A stretch of DNA of 64,000 bases from a virus. The stretch covers positions 3,494 to 67,493 of the IMG/VR virus record IMGVR_UViG_3300026512_000008; one strand, written 5' to 3'. Shown in pieces: positions 20,424-30,556 of the stretch. Made by a program: the position numbers and the translations under genes. The notes beneath the pieces are model-generated. The model worked only from the letters and a program-made list of their open reading frames with translations, was not told where the DNA came from and did not search any database. Position 1 is the first letter of the stretch, and each line of letters opens with the position of its first letter.

Positions 20424-21503
20424 ATGGCAAATTTTGTTAATTTTGAAAATAATGCTGGAGAAGAAATTATATCTCCAAACAATAAAATAAATTACAATAA
20501 AATAAAGGGAATACCATCCAATTTAGTAGATGCTGCTAATCATAATCACGACGATTTATATACAAGTAAAAATACTATAGAATCTGAGTTTGGTGCTATT
20601 ATGGATACGGTTGCTTCTTTAACAAAAGCATTAACTATTCGTCCATTAAAAACTAAAGGGTTTTTAAATGGTGGATATAAAAGTTCTTATGTATATGCAC
20701 AAAGAGTACAAAGATTCAACACAGTAACAGAAACTGGTGTTGAAATTGGACAGATAGGAACTGTTACATCATATTATACTCCTGGTGGGTCATCAGAGTT
20801 AAAAGGATATTTCTTTGGATCAAATACATCAAGTACTAGCAATAAGGCTGAAGATGGTAATGACAGAAAAGGTAAGCATGTTGATAATATAGTTTATCTT
20901 ACTGAAGTTGAAACATATTTAGGTAACATTATGTCACACAATGTTAGGTCTACATTATATAATATATATTCTCAATCTCAATTATATGTATGTGATAGTT
21001 CCTCTAATTGGAGTAGTATTTCTGTTGTTTCTGATGCTGTGACAGTATTATCATCTGCAGCATCGCAAAGTACAACAAGGCAAGGACTATCTTCCGAAGA
21101 TTTTGGATATGTAGTTCAAAATGCAAGCTCAGCGGACAAAACTTCTACAAAATACACATATTTAACGGGTGTGTCTAGTACAGGTACTACACAGCAGATT
21201 AGACAAATACCTACAGGATTGTCAAAAGATAAAGATAAAGGGTATTGGATTGATTACGGAACAGCCAATAATTGGCGCATTAATATGGTTAATAATAGTG
21301 TTTCTAATGTTGTTTGTTTTACTGAAGGATTTGGGGAAAGTAACTCTCTTGGTTCTGAAAAAGTAGGTTTTATGATGGGTGGTTACGATGGTAAACAACA
21401 TGGTAAAGTTCAAAAAATGGTATGGGCAACCGAAGCTGCTAGTAATGTTCTTGGTGGATCTTTAGCAATACCACAAAGTTCTGCTGGTATGGCAGAATCA
21501 TAG
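20424..21503 (+). CDS. Putative virion/fibre-associated beta-propeller-like protein
   Basis: HNHDDLY motif; Ser/Gly-rich repeats (KGFLNGG, KGYFFG, KGYW, GFMMGG). Confidence 0.5.
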   Translation: MANFVNFENNAGEEIISPNNKINYNKIKGIPSNLVDAANHNHDDLYTSKNTIESEFGAIMDTVASLTKALTIRPLKTKGFLNGGYKSSYVYAQRVQRFNTVTETGVEIGQIGTVTSYYTPGGSSELKGYFFGSNTSSTSNKAEDGNDRKGKHVDNIVYLTEVETYLGNIMSHNVRSTLYNIYSQSQLYVCDSSSNWSSISVVSDAVTVLSSAASQSTTRQGLSSEDFGYVVQNASSADKTSTKYTYLTGVSSTGTTQQIRQIPTGLSKDKDKGYWIDYGTANNWRINMVNNSVSNVVCFTEGFGESNSLGSEKVGFMMGGYDGKQHGKVQKMVWATEAASNVLGGSLAIPQSSAGMAES

Positions 21504-21512
21504 GAGAATAAT

Positions 21513-22511
21513 ATGGCAAAGTCGGATACATTAATTGTAGCTCTTAAGGACAAAGATGTAACATTATATGATGTAACAAATAATATAAATTTTAATTTAT
21601 TTGTAAATGTACCAGGTTCATTAGTTTCTGGTCAAGGGCATAATCACGATAATTTATATATGAGAACACCGGAAGTTGATTTTTTATTTAAATACGAAAA
21701 AGATAAAGTTGATGTTTTATCAACAAAAATTGAAGTCTTAGGGTATAAAACAGATGTATTAATGAATGGTGGTGGTGATAATAATGACAATAAATTAAGA
21801 AATTATAACATTAACACAGAAACCGGAAGTGTTGTAAATGCTACTACACCATTTAATACTGTTGAAGGTACTGGTATTAGTTTTCAAAGATTTGGTTTTT
21901 TTACAAATGAATCATCAAAAATAAGTAAATATGATCATTTTACTGTTACACTAACTAATATTAATGATACTAATTTTAATGTTAAAGCATCATTAATAGA
22001 CTTTGCTGTACAGTCAAAAGGGTTTATATTTGATGGAAATAATCAAATAAATTCATTAAATATTTTACTTAATACATTTAGTGTTAAACCAAATGCTGCT
22101 CATAAAGGTAATTTTCGTTCAGGTTTGAGTTCGTTTACTTTTGGATATTTGAAAGGAGTATCTGGTAGTGATGCAGATAAGTTAAAAATTTATAAATATA
22201 GTTCGAGTACAATGAGTGGTGTTACTAATTTTAATATAAATAGTGAAGTATCTGGTTTACAAAAAAATAGTAAAACAGGATATTGGATAGGGTCTAATTG
22301 TTATAAACACCAATATACTACAGATTCTGTTTCACAATTATTTGGTACAACACAAATAAAATCCAATAATACAGCTAATGACATATTTGGTGTTCTTGTT
22401 TCTGGTAGTGATTCTGTTACTTCAAATAAACTGACTTTTAGTACAGATACTTTTAGTACAATGACAGATAATATAACAAATACAACTTCCGCAAGTTATA
22501 TAGAGGTTTAA
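21513..22511 (+). CDS. Paralogue of the preceding propeller-like protein
   Basis: HNHDNLY; similar repeat units (FGFF, KGFIF, FGYL, TGYW). Confidence 0.5.
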   Translation: MAKSDTLIVALKDKDVTLYDVTNNINFNLFVNVPGSLVSGQGHNHDNLYMRTPEVDFLFKYEKDKVDVLSTKIEVLGYKTDVLMNGGGDNNDNKLRNYNINTETGSVVNATTPFNTVEGTGISFQRFGFFTNESSKISKYDHFTVTLTNINDTNFNVKASLIDFAVQSKGFIFDGNNQINSLNILLNTFSVKPNAAHKGNFRSGLSSFTFGYLKGVSGSDADKLKIYKYSSSTMSGVTNFNINSEVSGLQKNSKTGYWIGSNCYKHQYTTDSVSQLFGTTQIKSNNTANDIFGVLVSGSDSVTSNKLTFSTDTFSTMTDNITNTTSASYIEV

Positions 22512-22512
22512 T

Positions 22513-23409
22513 ATGAAAGTACAACAATTAAAAATAAATAATAAAAATTTACTAAGAGAGGATGGTACCATTGATTGGTTTGATGTTTATAATGTTCCTA
22601 TTGTAAGTATTACCAATAATAATCATACCCATGATGACAGATATTACAGAATATCAGAAGTAAATAGTAGAATATCATCTGCTACAACTGCTATTGAAGA
22701 TTTAATAGAAAAAGTAGATTTACTTAACGAAACTACTGGAATATCATTAAATAGCAATGATGCTAGTATTTCTATTCCCGCTTCAAATACATCATTTTCT
22801 ACAGCGTTTACTATTTCTGTAGGAGTAATTACTCCTGAACCAGAAAATGCTTCTATAATTTTTAATAAAGAAGACTCATATGAACTGCAAATAAGTACTT
22901 CTGGTTATCTATCGTATGCTATGCATGATGATTCATCATGGGCATGGATTTACACGGGTATAAAAATTTCATTTAATAAAAGACATATAATCACATTTGT
23001 ATATGATGGTAACAATAATAAAGTATTAATATATATAAATGGTGGACTAATATACGATTCTACTATAAACGGGTCATATTTAACCAATTCACCTTATGAC
23101 ACACCTACATCAACAGTTATAAATATACCTAGCACTTTAGCTATAAACAATAATCCGTTATTGTTTGGATTAAGAAGTAATAATGCTGAACCGTTAATAA
23201 ATGGAAAATTTGATACTATTTTAATATATAATAAAGCTCTTTCTAGTAGTGAAGTTAAAACTATTTTAACAGTTAGAGAAAATAATATTAGCAATATTAG
23301 TAATTTAATAGCATATTATAATTTTGAAGGCACATCACCACTTACAGATAAATCTGGAAATAACATAACAGCATCTACTACCGGTTCGGTTAGTTATGTT
23401 GTACTTTAA
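22513..23409 (+). CDS. LamG/concanavalin-like lectin domain virion protein
   Basis: HTHDDRYY; HIITFVYDG..LIYING, IYNKALSSSEV, LIAYYNFEG. Confidence 0.7.
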   Translation: MKVQQLKINNKNLLREDGTIDWFDVYNVPIVSITNNNHTHDDRYYRISEVNSRISSATTAIEDLIEKVDLLNETTGISLNSNDASISIPASNTSFSTAFTISVGVITPEPENASIIFNKEDSYELQISTSGYLSYAMHDDSSWAWIYTGIKISFNKRHIITFVYDGNNNKVLIYINGGLIYDSTINGSYLTNSPYDTPTSTVINIPSTLAINNNPLLFGLRSNNAEPLINGKFDTILIYNKALSSSEVKTILTVRENNISNISNLIAYYNFEGTSPLTDKSGNNITASTTGSVSYVVL

Positions 23410-23425
23410 TTAAAAAGGAATAAAA

Positions 23426-24112
23426 ATGATAGCACACATAGACGAAGGATTAACAGACTTAATTCAAGATAAAAAAACAGTATTATACACACCTAACAAT
23501 AAAGGCCAAATGCCTTCTTCCTATAATAAAGGATTGATTCCTAGTTCAATACCAATAGATATGAATTGGTATATAGGATACACTAATTTTATTATGGAAG
23601 GTTTTAATATGTTTGAAATTTCTGACGAAATTGCCGAAGGATTACAATTTTTTAACACTATTGACGGAGCTAATAAAAGATATGACAAATTTTTTGTTCC
23701 TAATGAAAATAATGAAAAATTAACAATTACACTTGATGATGATGAGTTATTTAAACAATTAACATCAAAAAAATATTTAATGGTAGCAGAAGTAAATCGC
23801 ATATACGATATCAAATTTAAGCAACTTATACAAAAATACGGTGCGGAAAGCAACACATGGAGGATGCAACTTTCGGAAGCAGAAGCTTACATTAAAGATA
23901 ATAATTCAAATTGTCCAATAATAAAAGCAATTAGCGAATCAAGAAATATAGATATAGTTGATGTTGCTAATGATATTATTTTAAACAACAATAAATATAT
24001 TACAGCAATAGGAAGTTTACTTGGATCTAAATATTCCATAAAAGATTCGATAAATGGTTGTAGTACTAATGCAGACCTTATAAATATTTTAGATACACTA
24101 AATACAATATAA
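23426..24112 (+). CDS. Tail fibre assembly chaperone-like protein
   Basis: ESNTWRMQLSEAEAY...PIIKAISESRNI pattern. Confidence 0.5.
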   Translation: MIAHIDEGLTDLIQDKKTVLYTPNNKGQMPSSYNKGLIPSSIPIDMNWYIGYTNFIMEGFNMFEISDEIAEGLQFFNTIDGANKRYDKFFVPNENNEKLTITLDDDELFKQLTSKKYLMVAEVNRIYDIKFKQLIQKYGAESNTWRMQLSEAEAYIKDNNSNCPIIKAISESRNIDIVDVANDIILNNNKYITAIGSLLGSKYSIKDSINGCSTNADLINILDTLNTI

Positions 24113-24126
24113 ATTAAAGGCAAATA

Positions 24127-24792
24127 ATGAAAAACGAAATAGAAAAACTAATTAAAAAACAAAGTACAACAATGTCTAAATATCAAATTGACAATTTTGT
24201 TATTAATGATAAAATGACATCATATAAAATACTAAAACAAATATTATTAGAACTAGGTACTAGATATTCTGGTTTAGAAGATTTAGAGTTAGATATTGAA
24301 AGTGCTGATTTAGAATTAGAACTTCTGGAGTCTGAATTAACAGATATAACAAAAGATTCCATTGAATATAAACTAAAAAAAATAGAAATTAAAAAACAAT
24401 TAAAAGCTATTAAAACATTGTCTAAAACATTATCTAATTATATGTATGAAATTAAAATTTTAGAAGATAATTTTGCTAAAATTAAGGAAATAGGAGACCC
24501 GGAAACAATTCTTAATGATGAAAAGGGTGAGGAAATTTATTGGGTTAATAAATTCGTAAAAGAAGCACAAATAGATATTATGACTTCAGGAAGAATAGGT
24601 AAAGGCATTTTAGATGCTATTCTTATGTTAGACGAAAAATTACAAAAAACAATTATAGATAATGCTATATCACAAGCAACTTTATCAAACTTATATTTGA
24701 GTAGTGTTGAAAATGAAGTTATCTCTAATATAAAAGAAATAAACAAACCGTCTCTTATGTTAAATCAGTTGGTAGAAGAAACTAAAGTATAA
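24127..24792 (+). CDS. Coiled-coil hypothetical protein
   Basis: ORF with RBS; heptad-rich. Confidence 0.5.
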   Translation: MKNEIEKLIKKQSTTMSKYQIDNFVINDKMTSYKILKQILLELGTRYSGLEDLELDIESADLELELLESELTDITKDSIEYKLKKIEIKKQLKAIKTLSKTLSNYMYEIKILEDNFAKIKEIGDPETILNDEKGEEIYWVNKFVKEAQIDIMTSGRIGKGILDAILMLDEKLQKTIIDNAISQATLSNLYLSSVENEVISNIKEINKPSLMLNQLVEETKV

Positions 24793-25805
24793 TGTCACTC
24801 ATACTGTTAAATCAGTCTTATGTATTATACATTTTTTTCATAATGGTTATAAGTGCTGTTATAAAACATAATGGTGTTTTTGATGATTTGTTTTATATTA
24901 TATCTAAATACATAAAAAGTAAGAGAGTTGTTATTTTTTTAATAAGTTTAGTTTCTGGAGTATTGCCCGTTCCTGGTAGAGTTACTGTTACAGCAGGAAT
25001 TTTAGATACAATAGCTCCTTCAGATAAAAAGAAACGGGCTAAGTTTGGAATTATAGATTATCTTAGTACACATCATTATTATTTGTGGTCGCCTTTAGAA
25101 AAAACGATAATAATACCAATGGCTATGTTAGGATTGAGTTATGCTGGTGTTATTACTTTACTTGCACCCTTGCTTATTTTTAGTTTATTATTAAGTTTTT
25201 GGTATATATTTGTTACTACAAAAGAAGAAGACATTGTACTAAATATTAAAAAAACATCAAATAAAGGTATATATAACATAGTACCATTTATTTTAGGTAT
25301 TATAACAATAGCATTTGGAGTAAATCCTGCACTTGTTTTTAGTATTATTTCAATAACATATTATATTTGGTTTCCAACACCAATAAATGTTATTTGGAAA
25401 AATATAAATGTTAAGTTATTGATTTTTGTATTTTGTATTTTAGTTTTCGGAAATTATGTACACTTACATACTGACGAAATTAATACTTTTATTTCTACAT
25501 TACCATATTCTATAAACACATTAATAGGGTTTATATCTGTGAGCATATTATCTTTTGGTAGTTCATTTTTGTTAGGAAGTAGTGCAAGATTTACCGGGTT
25601 AGTTTCTATATTATCACTTGCATTTGGTGTACAATATTTTGTGTACTTTTTTGCATTAGAATTTAGTGCTTATTTATTATCGCCCGCTCACAAATGTGTT
25701 ATTATAGGTAATATGTATTTTGGTACAAAAATTAAGGATTACTACAAAGTTTTAATATTTTGGAGTTTTGGATTAATATTATTAGGGTTAATAACTTTAA
25801 TTTAA
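24792..25805 (+). CDS. Multi-pass membrane transporter, DUF401/ion-transporter superfamily-like
   Basis: About 9-10 hydrophobic segments; GVLPVPGR and LLSPAHKC motifs. Confidence 0.65.
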   Translation: MSLILLNQSYVLYIFFIMVISAVIKHNGVFDDLFYIISKYIKSKRVVIFLISLVSGVLPVPGRVTVTAGILDTIAPSDKKKRAKFGIIDYLSTHHYYLWSPLEKTIIIPMAMLGLSYAGVITLLAPLLIFSLLLSFWYIFVTTKEEDIVLNIKKTSNKGIYNIVPFILGIITIAFGVNPALVFSIISITYYIWFPTPINVIWKNINVKLLIFVFCILVFGNYVHLHTDEINTFISTLPYSINTLIGFISVSILSFGSSFLLGSSARFTGLVSILSLAFGVQYFVYFFALEFSAYLLSPAHKCVIIGNMYFGTKIKDYYKVLIFWSFGLILLGLITLI

Positions 25806-25820
25806 AAAAAAAGGAATAAA

Positions 25821-27551
25821 ATGAAAATTTTAATGTTGATGTTGCTATCAATATCTATTTATGCAAAAGATTACACGCTACCTCTTTTAAACATAACTTC
25901 TTCTGCTTTTAAGAGAAACACATTATTTTATAATAAGTTAAAACAAACAGATAATAATGAACATGCTGAAAGAGTTGTCCAAATACAAGAAACAGCAGTT
26001 GGTTTTAGACAACCAATTTTTAGAGGTTTGCAAGGCGATCAAATACATTTAACAGTCGATAGTATGGATTTTACTAACTCTATGTTTAGATCTGGACCTA
26101 ATCAGTATTATTCCTTTATTCCAAATGAGTTTGTTTATCAAATCACACTAAACAAGGATATAGATGATTTAGGTAATAACTCATTTGGTGGCACAATAAA
26201 CAGAGATTTAGGGTTTTTGAGTACAAATACTAACATAATCCGGGTAGAGAACTACATTTCTGGTGGTAAAGTGTTTAGTTCTTACCAAAATAAAGATTTA
26301 AAAATAGGTGCTTTATACAAAAAGATTAATTATATTGAAACACCGAATGGTAAACAAGACCATACTAACTACAATCAAAAAGGGATTTATATTGAGAAAA
26401 ATAAGTATAAATTAATATATACTAGAAGTGATAATATTAACCGTACAGATAAGTTTTTAAAAGGCAAACCTAGAATTTATGATAAACAATATTACCTTGG
26501 TATATTTAAAGATTTTAAAGTAAACTATGATTATACAATTAAAGTTTCTTACCAAAACTTTTATGAAAATATTAATAACCCTAAAAAAGATAACAAAAGA
26601 CTTGATAAATCTAATACAAATGTGTATCAACTTCATAATGAGTATTACATTTCTGATAATTTAATTTTAACAACTAAACATAAATGGGAAAATATAGACT
26701 ATAAAAAATATGGTACTACTGAAAAGAATTATAATGTATATGATAATAGTGTTGGATTAAATTATTTTCAAAATTACGCAGACTTTAAATATAGTGTTAG
26801 TGTTAATGCTGATTATGCTACAATAGCAAATAAAGATTTTTGGAATGTTGGTGCTGGTGTAAAAGCAGAATATAATAATGTTTATATAAGTGTATCACAA
26901 GGTTACAAATATCCAACTATTTACAATCTTAATGAAGCAATTTCCGATAGTTTATATGAAATACCAAATCCAGATCTTAAAAAAGAAACAAGTATTAAAA
27001 CAGAACTAGGTTATTCAAATTCAATACAATATTTAGAATATCGTAGTACTGTTTTTTACAATCGTTTAAGTAATATGATTGTAAGAGAGAAAACAAACCA
27101 ATTATCACCAGACGGTTCCAATATGTTTAAAATAACAAATGCAAATAATGGAAACATATATGGTGTTAATACAAACTTGGTTTTTGATTATAATAATTTT
27201 ATTATAGACTTTTTTGCAGAGTACACATACGGCAAAACAAATGTTGATTATATTTCAAAATTAACTCCGTTTCGCACAGATACAAGAATAGAATATAAAT
27301 CGTTTAGTATAACACATAAATATGCAAAAAAATCTAACACTTTATCTAATGCGGATAAAAAAGACATTCGTATTAAAAATCATAATTATGGATATAACCA
27401 ATTTGATGTAAATTACATTTACTGTTTTGAAAATAAAAATACCTTAAAATTTTCTGTTAAAAATATTTTCAATAATACAGGTCGTGTTATTGGTAGTAGT
27501 AATGATTTTGAAAAAAGATATTTATATTTAACTCTAACAATTAAACTTTAA
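25821..27551 (+). CDS. TonB-dependent outer-membrane receptor
   Basis: Signal peptide; plug motif PIFRGLQG..IHLTVD..FRSGPNQY..GGTIN; PNPDLKKETS..ELG; C-terminal KNIFN...RYLYLTLTIKL. Confidence 0.85.
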   Translation: MKILMLMLLSISIYAKDYTLPLLNITSSAFKRNTLFYNKLKQTDNNEHAERVVQIQETAVGFRQPIFRGLQGDQIHLTVDSMDFTNSMFRSGPNQYYSFIPNEFVYQITLNKDIDDLGNNSFGGTINRDLGFLSTNTNIIRVENYISGGKVFSSYQNKDLKIGALYKKINYIETPNGKQDHTNYNQKGIYIEKNKYKLIYTRSDNINRTDKFLKGKPRIYDKQYYLGIFKDFKVNYDYTIKVSYQNFYENINNPKKDNKRLDKSNTNVYQLHNEYYISDNLILTTKHKWENIDYKKYGTTEKNYNVYDNSVGLNYFQNYADFKYSVSVNADYATIANKDFWNVGAGVKAEYNNVYISVSQGYKYPTIYNLNEAISDSLYEIPNPDLKKETSIKTELGYSNSIQYLEYRSTVFYNRLSNMIVREKTNQLSPDGSNMFKITNANNGNIYGVNTNLVFDYNNFIIDFFAEYTYGKTNVDYISKLTPFRTDTRIEYKSFSITHKYAKKSNTLSNADKKDIRIKNHNYGYNQFDVNYIYCFENKNTLKFSVKNIFNNTGRVIGSSNDFEKRYLYLTLTIKL

Positions 27552-27558
27552 TCAAATT

Positions 27559-27580
27559 TTAAGTATTAATTTGTTATAAT
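27559..27580 (+). promoter_or_regulatory. Promoter TTAAGTA-N7-GTTATAAT
   Basis: Recurrent motif, upstream of the radical SAM island. Confidence 0.7.
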
Positions 27581-27609
27581 ATATCATAAAAAGGATAATA
27601 AGGATAATA

Positions 27610-27672
27610 ATGTACAAACAAATTACCTACAAATATAATCAAAAACTACAAACACTTGAAGAAAAATTTTGA
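27610..27672 (+). CDS. 20-aa upstream ORF MYKQITYKYNQKLQTLEEKF, coupled to the next gene
   Basis: Duplicated AAGGATAAT RBS; its TGA overlaps the TTG start at 27669. Confidence 0.5.
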   Translation: MYKQITYKYNQKLQTLEEKF

Positions 27673-28622
27673 AATTTATATCTTTAATATTATCAGAAGC
27701 TTGTAATCTAAATTGTTCATATTGTTATATAGCAGATAAACAATCAAAAAAGAAAATATCATTTGATTTATTTGTTGAAGAATTTGAAAAAATTTATGAT
27801 GAAACTGAAGATTATACATTTGATATTATGGGTGGTGAACCTTTATTACAAATGGGTTTAGTAAAACAATTTATAGAGTATGGTAATTTTAGACATTTTG
27901 ACATAAAAATAATGACAAATGGTTTTTTACTTACTCCTGATATTGTTAATTATTTAAACGAAAATAAAGTTACAGTTTCAGTTTCATATGATGGTATGTG
28001 GCAATGTGATAGAGGTAAAGATTTTTCGAACAATTTAATAAAAATAATCAAATCTATAGATAACTTAAAAATACATTCAATGTGGAGTGGTAAATATTTT
28101 GGTCTTACTGCAAACCACAAAATATTAGAAAAAATGTTTGGTGTTAATCCTAAAATTACTATGGTAAGAGATATAGGTACTTGGCATGAAGAAAATATCA
28201 AACAAGCAAAACAAGATATTACAGAATTAATGAATTATGCTATAGAATCTAATACAATTCCTGGGTTTTTTGAACACTTTTTAACTCATATATTAAGATA
28301 TCATAAGAAAGGATATATACCTAAAGATTGTGGTGCTGGTAATACTATATTAGCATTTCATAATAATAAATTTTTTAGTTGTTATAGATATTTTGATAAA
28401 GAAGATATCTTTAGTGGTATTGGTACAGAAGAAATACAAGAATTTTGTAAAACTTGTGAAGTAAACCAATATTGTGAAAAAGGTTGTTTAATTCAACAAT
28501 TAGAAAACCAAAAACCTATAGAACACTTATGTGAGTTATACAAACACATATATTGGCTTATTATAGAAAATATAAATACACTAAATAAAGAAAAAGTATT
28601 TGAAATTACAAATTATGTTTAA
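27669..28622 (+). CDS. Radical SAM/SPASM protein
   Basis: CNLNCSYC, GGEPLL; SPASM CGAG...C...CKTC.....C..GC. Confidence 0.9.
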   Translation: MKFISLILSEACNLNCSYCYIADKQSKKKISFDLFVEEFEKIYDETEDYTFDIMGGEPLLQMGLVKQFIEYGNFRHFDIKIMTNGFLLTPDIVNYLNENKVTVSVSYDGMWQCDRGKDFSNNLIKIIKSIDNLKIHSMWSGKYFGLTANHKILEKMFGVNPKITMVRDIGTWHEENIKQAKQDITELMNYAIESNTIPGFFEHFLTHILRYHKKGYIPKDCGAGNTILAFHNNKFFSCYRYFDKEDIFSGIGTEEIQEFCKTCEVNQYCEKGCLIQQLENQKPIEHLCELYKHIYWLIIENINTLNKEKVFEITNYV

Positions 28623-28631
28623 AGGACAATA

Positions 28632-28910
28632 ATGATTAATAAAACACTAAATAACAATTCTGCTAATAGAGTAGATAAAGTAGAAGGATTTTTATCCAAA
28701 TCAGAAAAAAATAGCACATTATTTCGTGCTTCACAAAAAATAATGGAAGCAGGAGTAGAAATGATGAAAATATCATCAAAAATGAGCGCAATTTTATTTG
28801 AAATGGGTGATCAGATGCTTAAAGAAATTGATTTAAGAGATGATAAAATGACTGATGATGATATACAAAATATAATAGATGATATTTTGTCTATTAAAAA
28901 AGGTTTATAA
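28632..28910 (+). CDS. Hypothetical helical protein
   Basis: RBS; translationally coupled to the next rSAM gene. Confidence 0.55.
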   Translation: MINKTLNNNSANRVDKVEGFLSKSEKNSTLFRASQKIMEAGVEMMKISSKMSAILFEMGDQMLKEIDLRDDKMTDDDIQNIIDDILSIKKGL

Positions 28911-30031
28911 TGAGTCAAAAAATACAAGCAAAAGGTTCATTCAATTTTGAAATTACAACTGTTACATCATGTGATATGGCTTGTACATATTGTTTTGAGG
29001 GGGAAAAAGCAGTAGATAATAAGAAAGTAAATCAACGAATACCACAATATATTAAAAAAATTAAAGAGACTTTGGAATCAGATTGGTTTAAAAAAGATTA
29101 TGAATTTTTATCTCTTGATTTTTGGGGTGGCGAACCCACTTTAAATAATTATGTTATGACTGTTTTAATTAACGAATTTAAAGATTATGATAATGTTGAT
29201 TTTCATTTATATACAAATGCTTTTAATGAAGTAACTATGCGTAAATTTATTTCTTCTATAGATCCTAGTAAATTAAGAATTCAAGTTTCATATGATGGTA
29301 GAGTTATTAATGATAAATTTAGAATAGATCATGCAGGAAAATCGACATCAGAAAAAGTATTAAGTACTTTTGATTATTTAAGTACTGTTGGGTTAAAACA
29401 TTTATCAATGAAAAGTACATTACCTCTTTCCGAGTGTCATCATATGGTAGAAGTATGGAAAGAGTTCCGTGAGTTAAATAAAAAATATAATAGTAATAAT
29501 GTACTTATTAGATACGCACCAACACTGGATTATCATACAAAATTACAAGATCCAAATACATACTTACCATATTTTGAACAAGCAATTAAAGAAATTAGTG
29601 CTATGGAAATTGATTTTTTTAGAGAAAAAGGTTATTTTCTTTTTACTTGGTACAGAGGGTCTGATAAAAGATTTACTTGTACTGCAGGTAAAAATATGAC
29701 TATTCTTGACACAGACGGGAATTTTTATCCTTGTCATGGAGCATTATATTTAGAAGACAAAGAAGAAGCACATAAACTTTTATCACTTAATGATAATATA
29801 AATAACTTAAATAGAGATAAGTTTATTAATATGATTAGTAAAACAAACGAAATATGTGAAAGTTGTGTAGCAACTACTTGTTTTGTTTGTCCAACATCAT
29901 CTTATGCAGCATCACAAAAAGAATCTTATGAAGATAGATGGTTAGATAATCAAGTTCACGGATTATGTGGATATTATCAAGCATTTGGTAAGGTTGATAG
30001 AGCATTCTCAAAACTTTTAGGAGGTAACTAA
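28910..30031 (+). CDS. Radical SAM/SPASM protein
   Basis: CDMACTYC, FWGGEPTL; CTAG...YPCHG...CESC....C..CP. Confidence 0.9.
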   Translation: MSQKIQAKGSFNFEITTVTSCDMACTYCFEGEKAVDNKKVNQRIPQYIKKIKETLESDWFKKDYEFLSLDFWGGEPTLNNYVMTVLINEFKDYDNVDFHLYTNAFNEVTMRKFISSIDPSKLRIQVSYDGRVINDKFRIDHAGKSTSEKVLSTFDYLSTVGLKHLSMKSTLPLSECHHMVEVWKEFRELNKKYNSNNVLIRYAPTLDYHTKLQDPNTYLPYFEQAIKEISAMEIDFFREKGYFLFTWYRGSDKRFTCTAGKNMTILDTDGNFYPCHGALYLEDKEEAHKLLSLNDNINNLNRDKFINMISKTNEICESCVATTCFVCPTSSYAASQKESYEDRWLDNQVHGLCGYYQAFGKVDRAFSKLLGGN

Positions 30032-30032
30032 T

Positions 30033-30527
30033 ATGGGATCAGGAACATCCACTTCAGACACAGGATATTGCACATCTGATAATTGTCATAATAACTGTTA
30101 TTCAAATAGTTGTACAAATCACAGAGCAAGTTGCTCATCAAATAGAGTAGTAACATTATCAAATGTTAGTGTAGGACATACAATTAAAGCATCTGATTTA
30201 GAATTATTAAGATCAAATACTATAAACGAAATTAATAGATGGAATCAAAATCACAAATATAATTTTAGTAAAACAGCAACATCGGGAATTAGTTCAGGTG
30301 CAATTATTAAAGCAAATGATTTTAATAAACTAATTAACGATTTAAGTGGTACAGGTCACGGTTCTACTAGTAATGTGTCTGCAGGTTCTATTATATATGC
30401 TAGTAAATTAGCATCTAATATGTTATCATTATATGACTCACTAAGAACAGATTGTGTATGTAACTCTGATTGTGGTAATCATAGTGTGTGTAGTTGTCAC
30501 GGTGATTGTGGTTGTAATTATAGTTAA
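30033..30527 (+). CDS. Cys-rich protein (12 Cys at the termini), candidate rSAM substrate/virion protein
   Basis: 5 N-terminal Cys, 7 C-terminal Cys, three central G-x-x-I-x-A repeats; GGAGG RBS. Confidence 0.7.
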   Translation: MGSGTSTSDTGYCTSDNCHNNCYSNSCTNHRASCSSNRVVTLSNVSVGHTIKASDLELLRSNTINEINRWNQNHKYNFSKTATSGISSGAIIKANDFNKLINDLSGTGHGSTSNVSAGSIIYASKLASNMLSLYDSLRTDCVCNSDCGNHSVCSCHGDCGCNYS

Positions 30528-30556
30528 AAATAAAATTAAAAATAAAGGAAAAGTAA

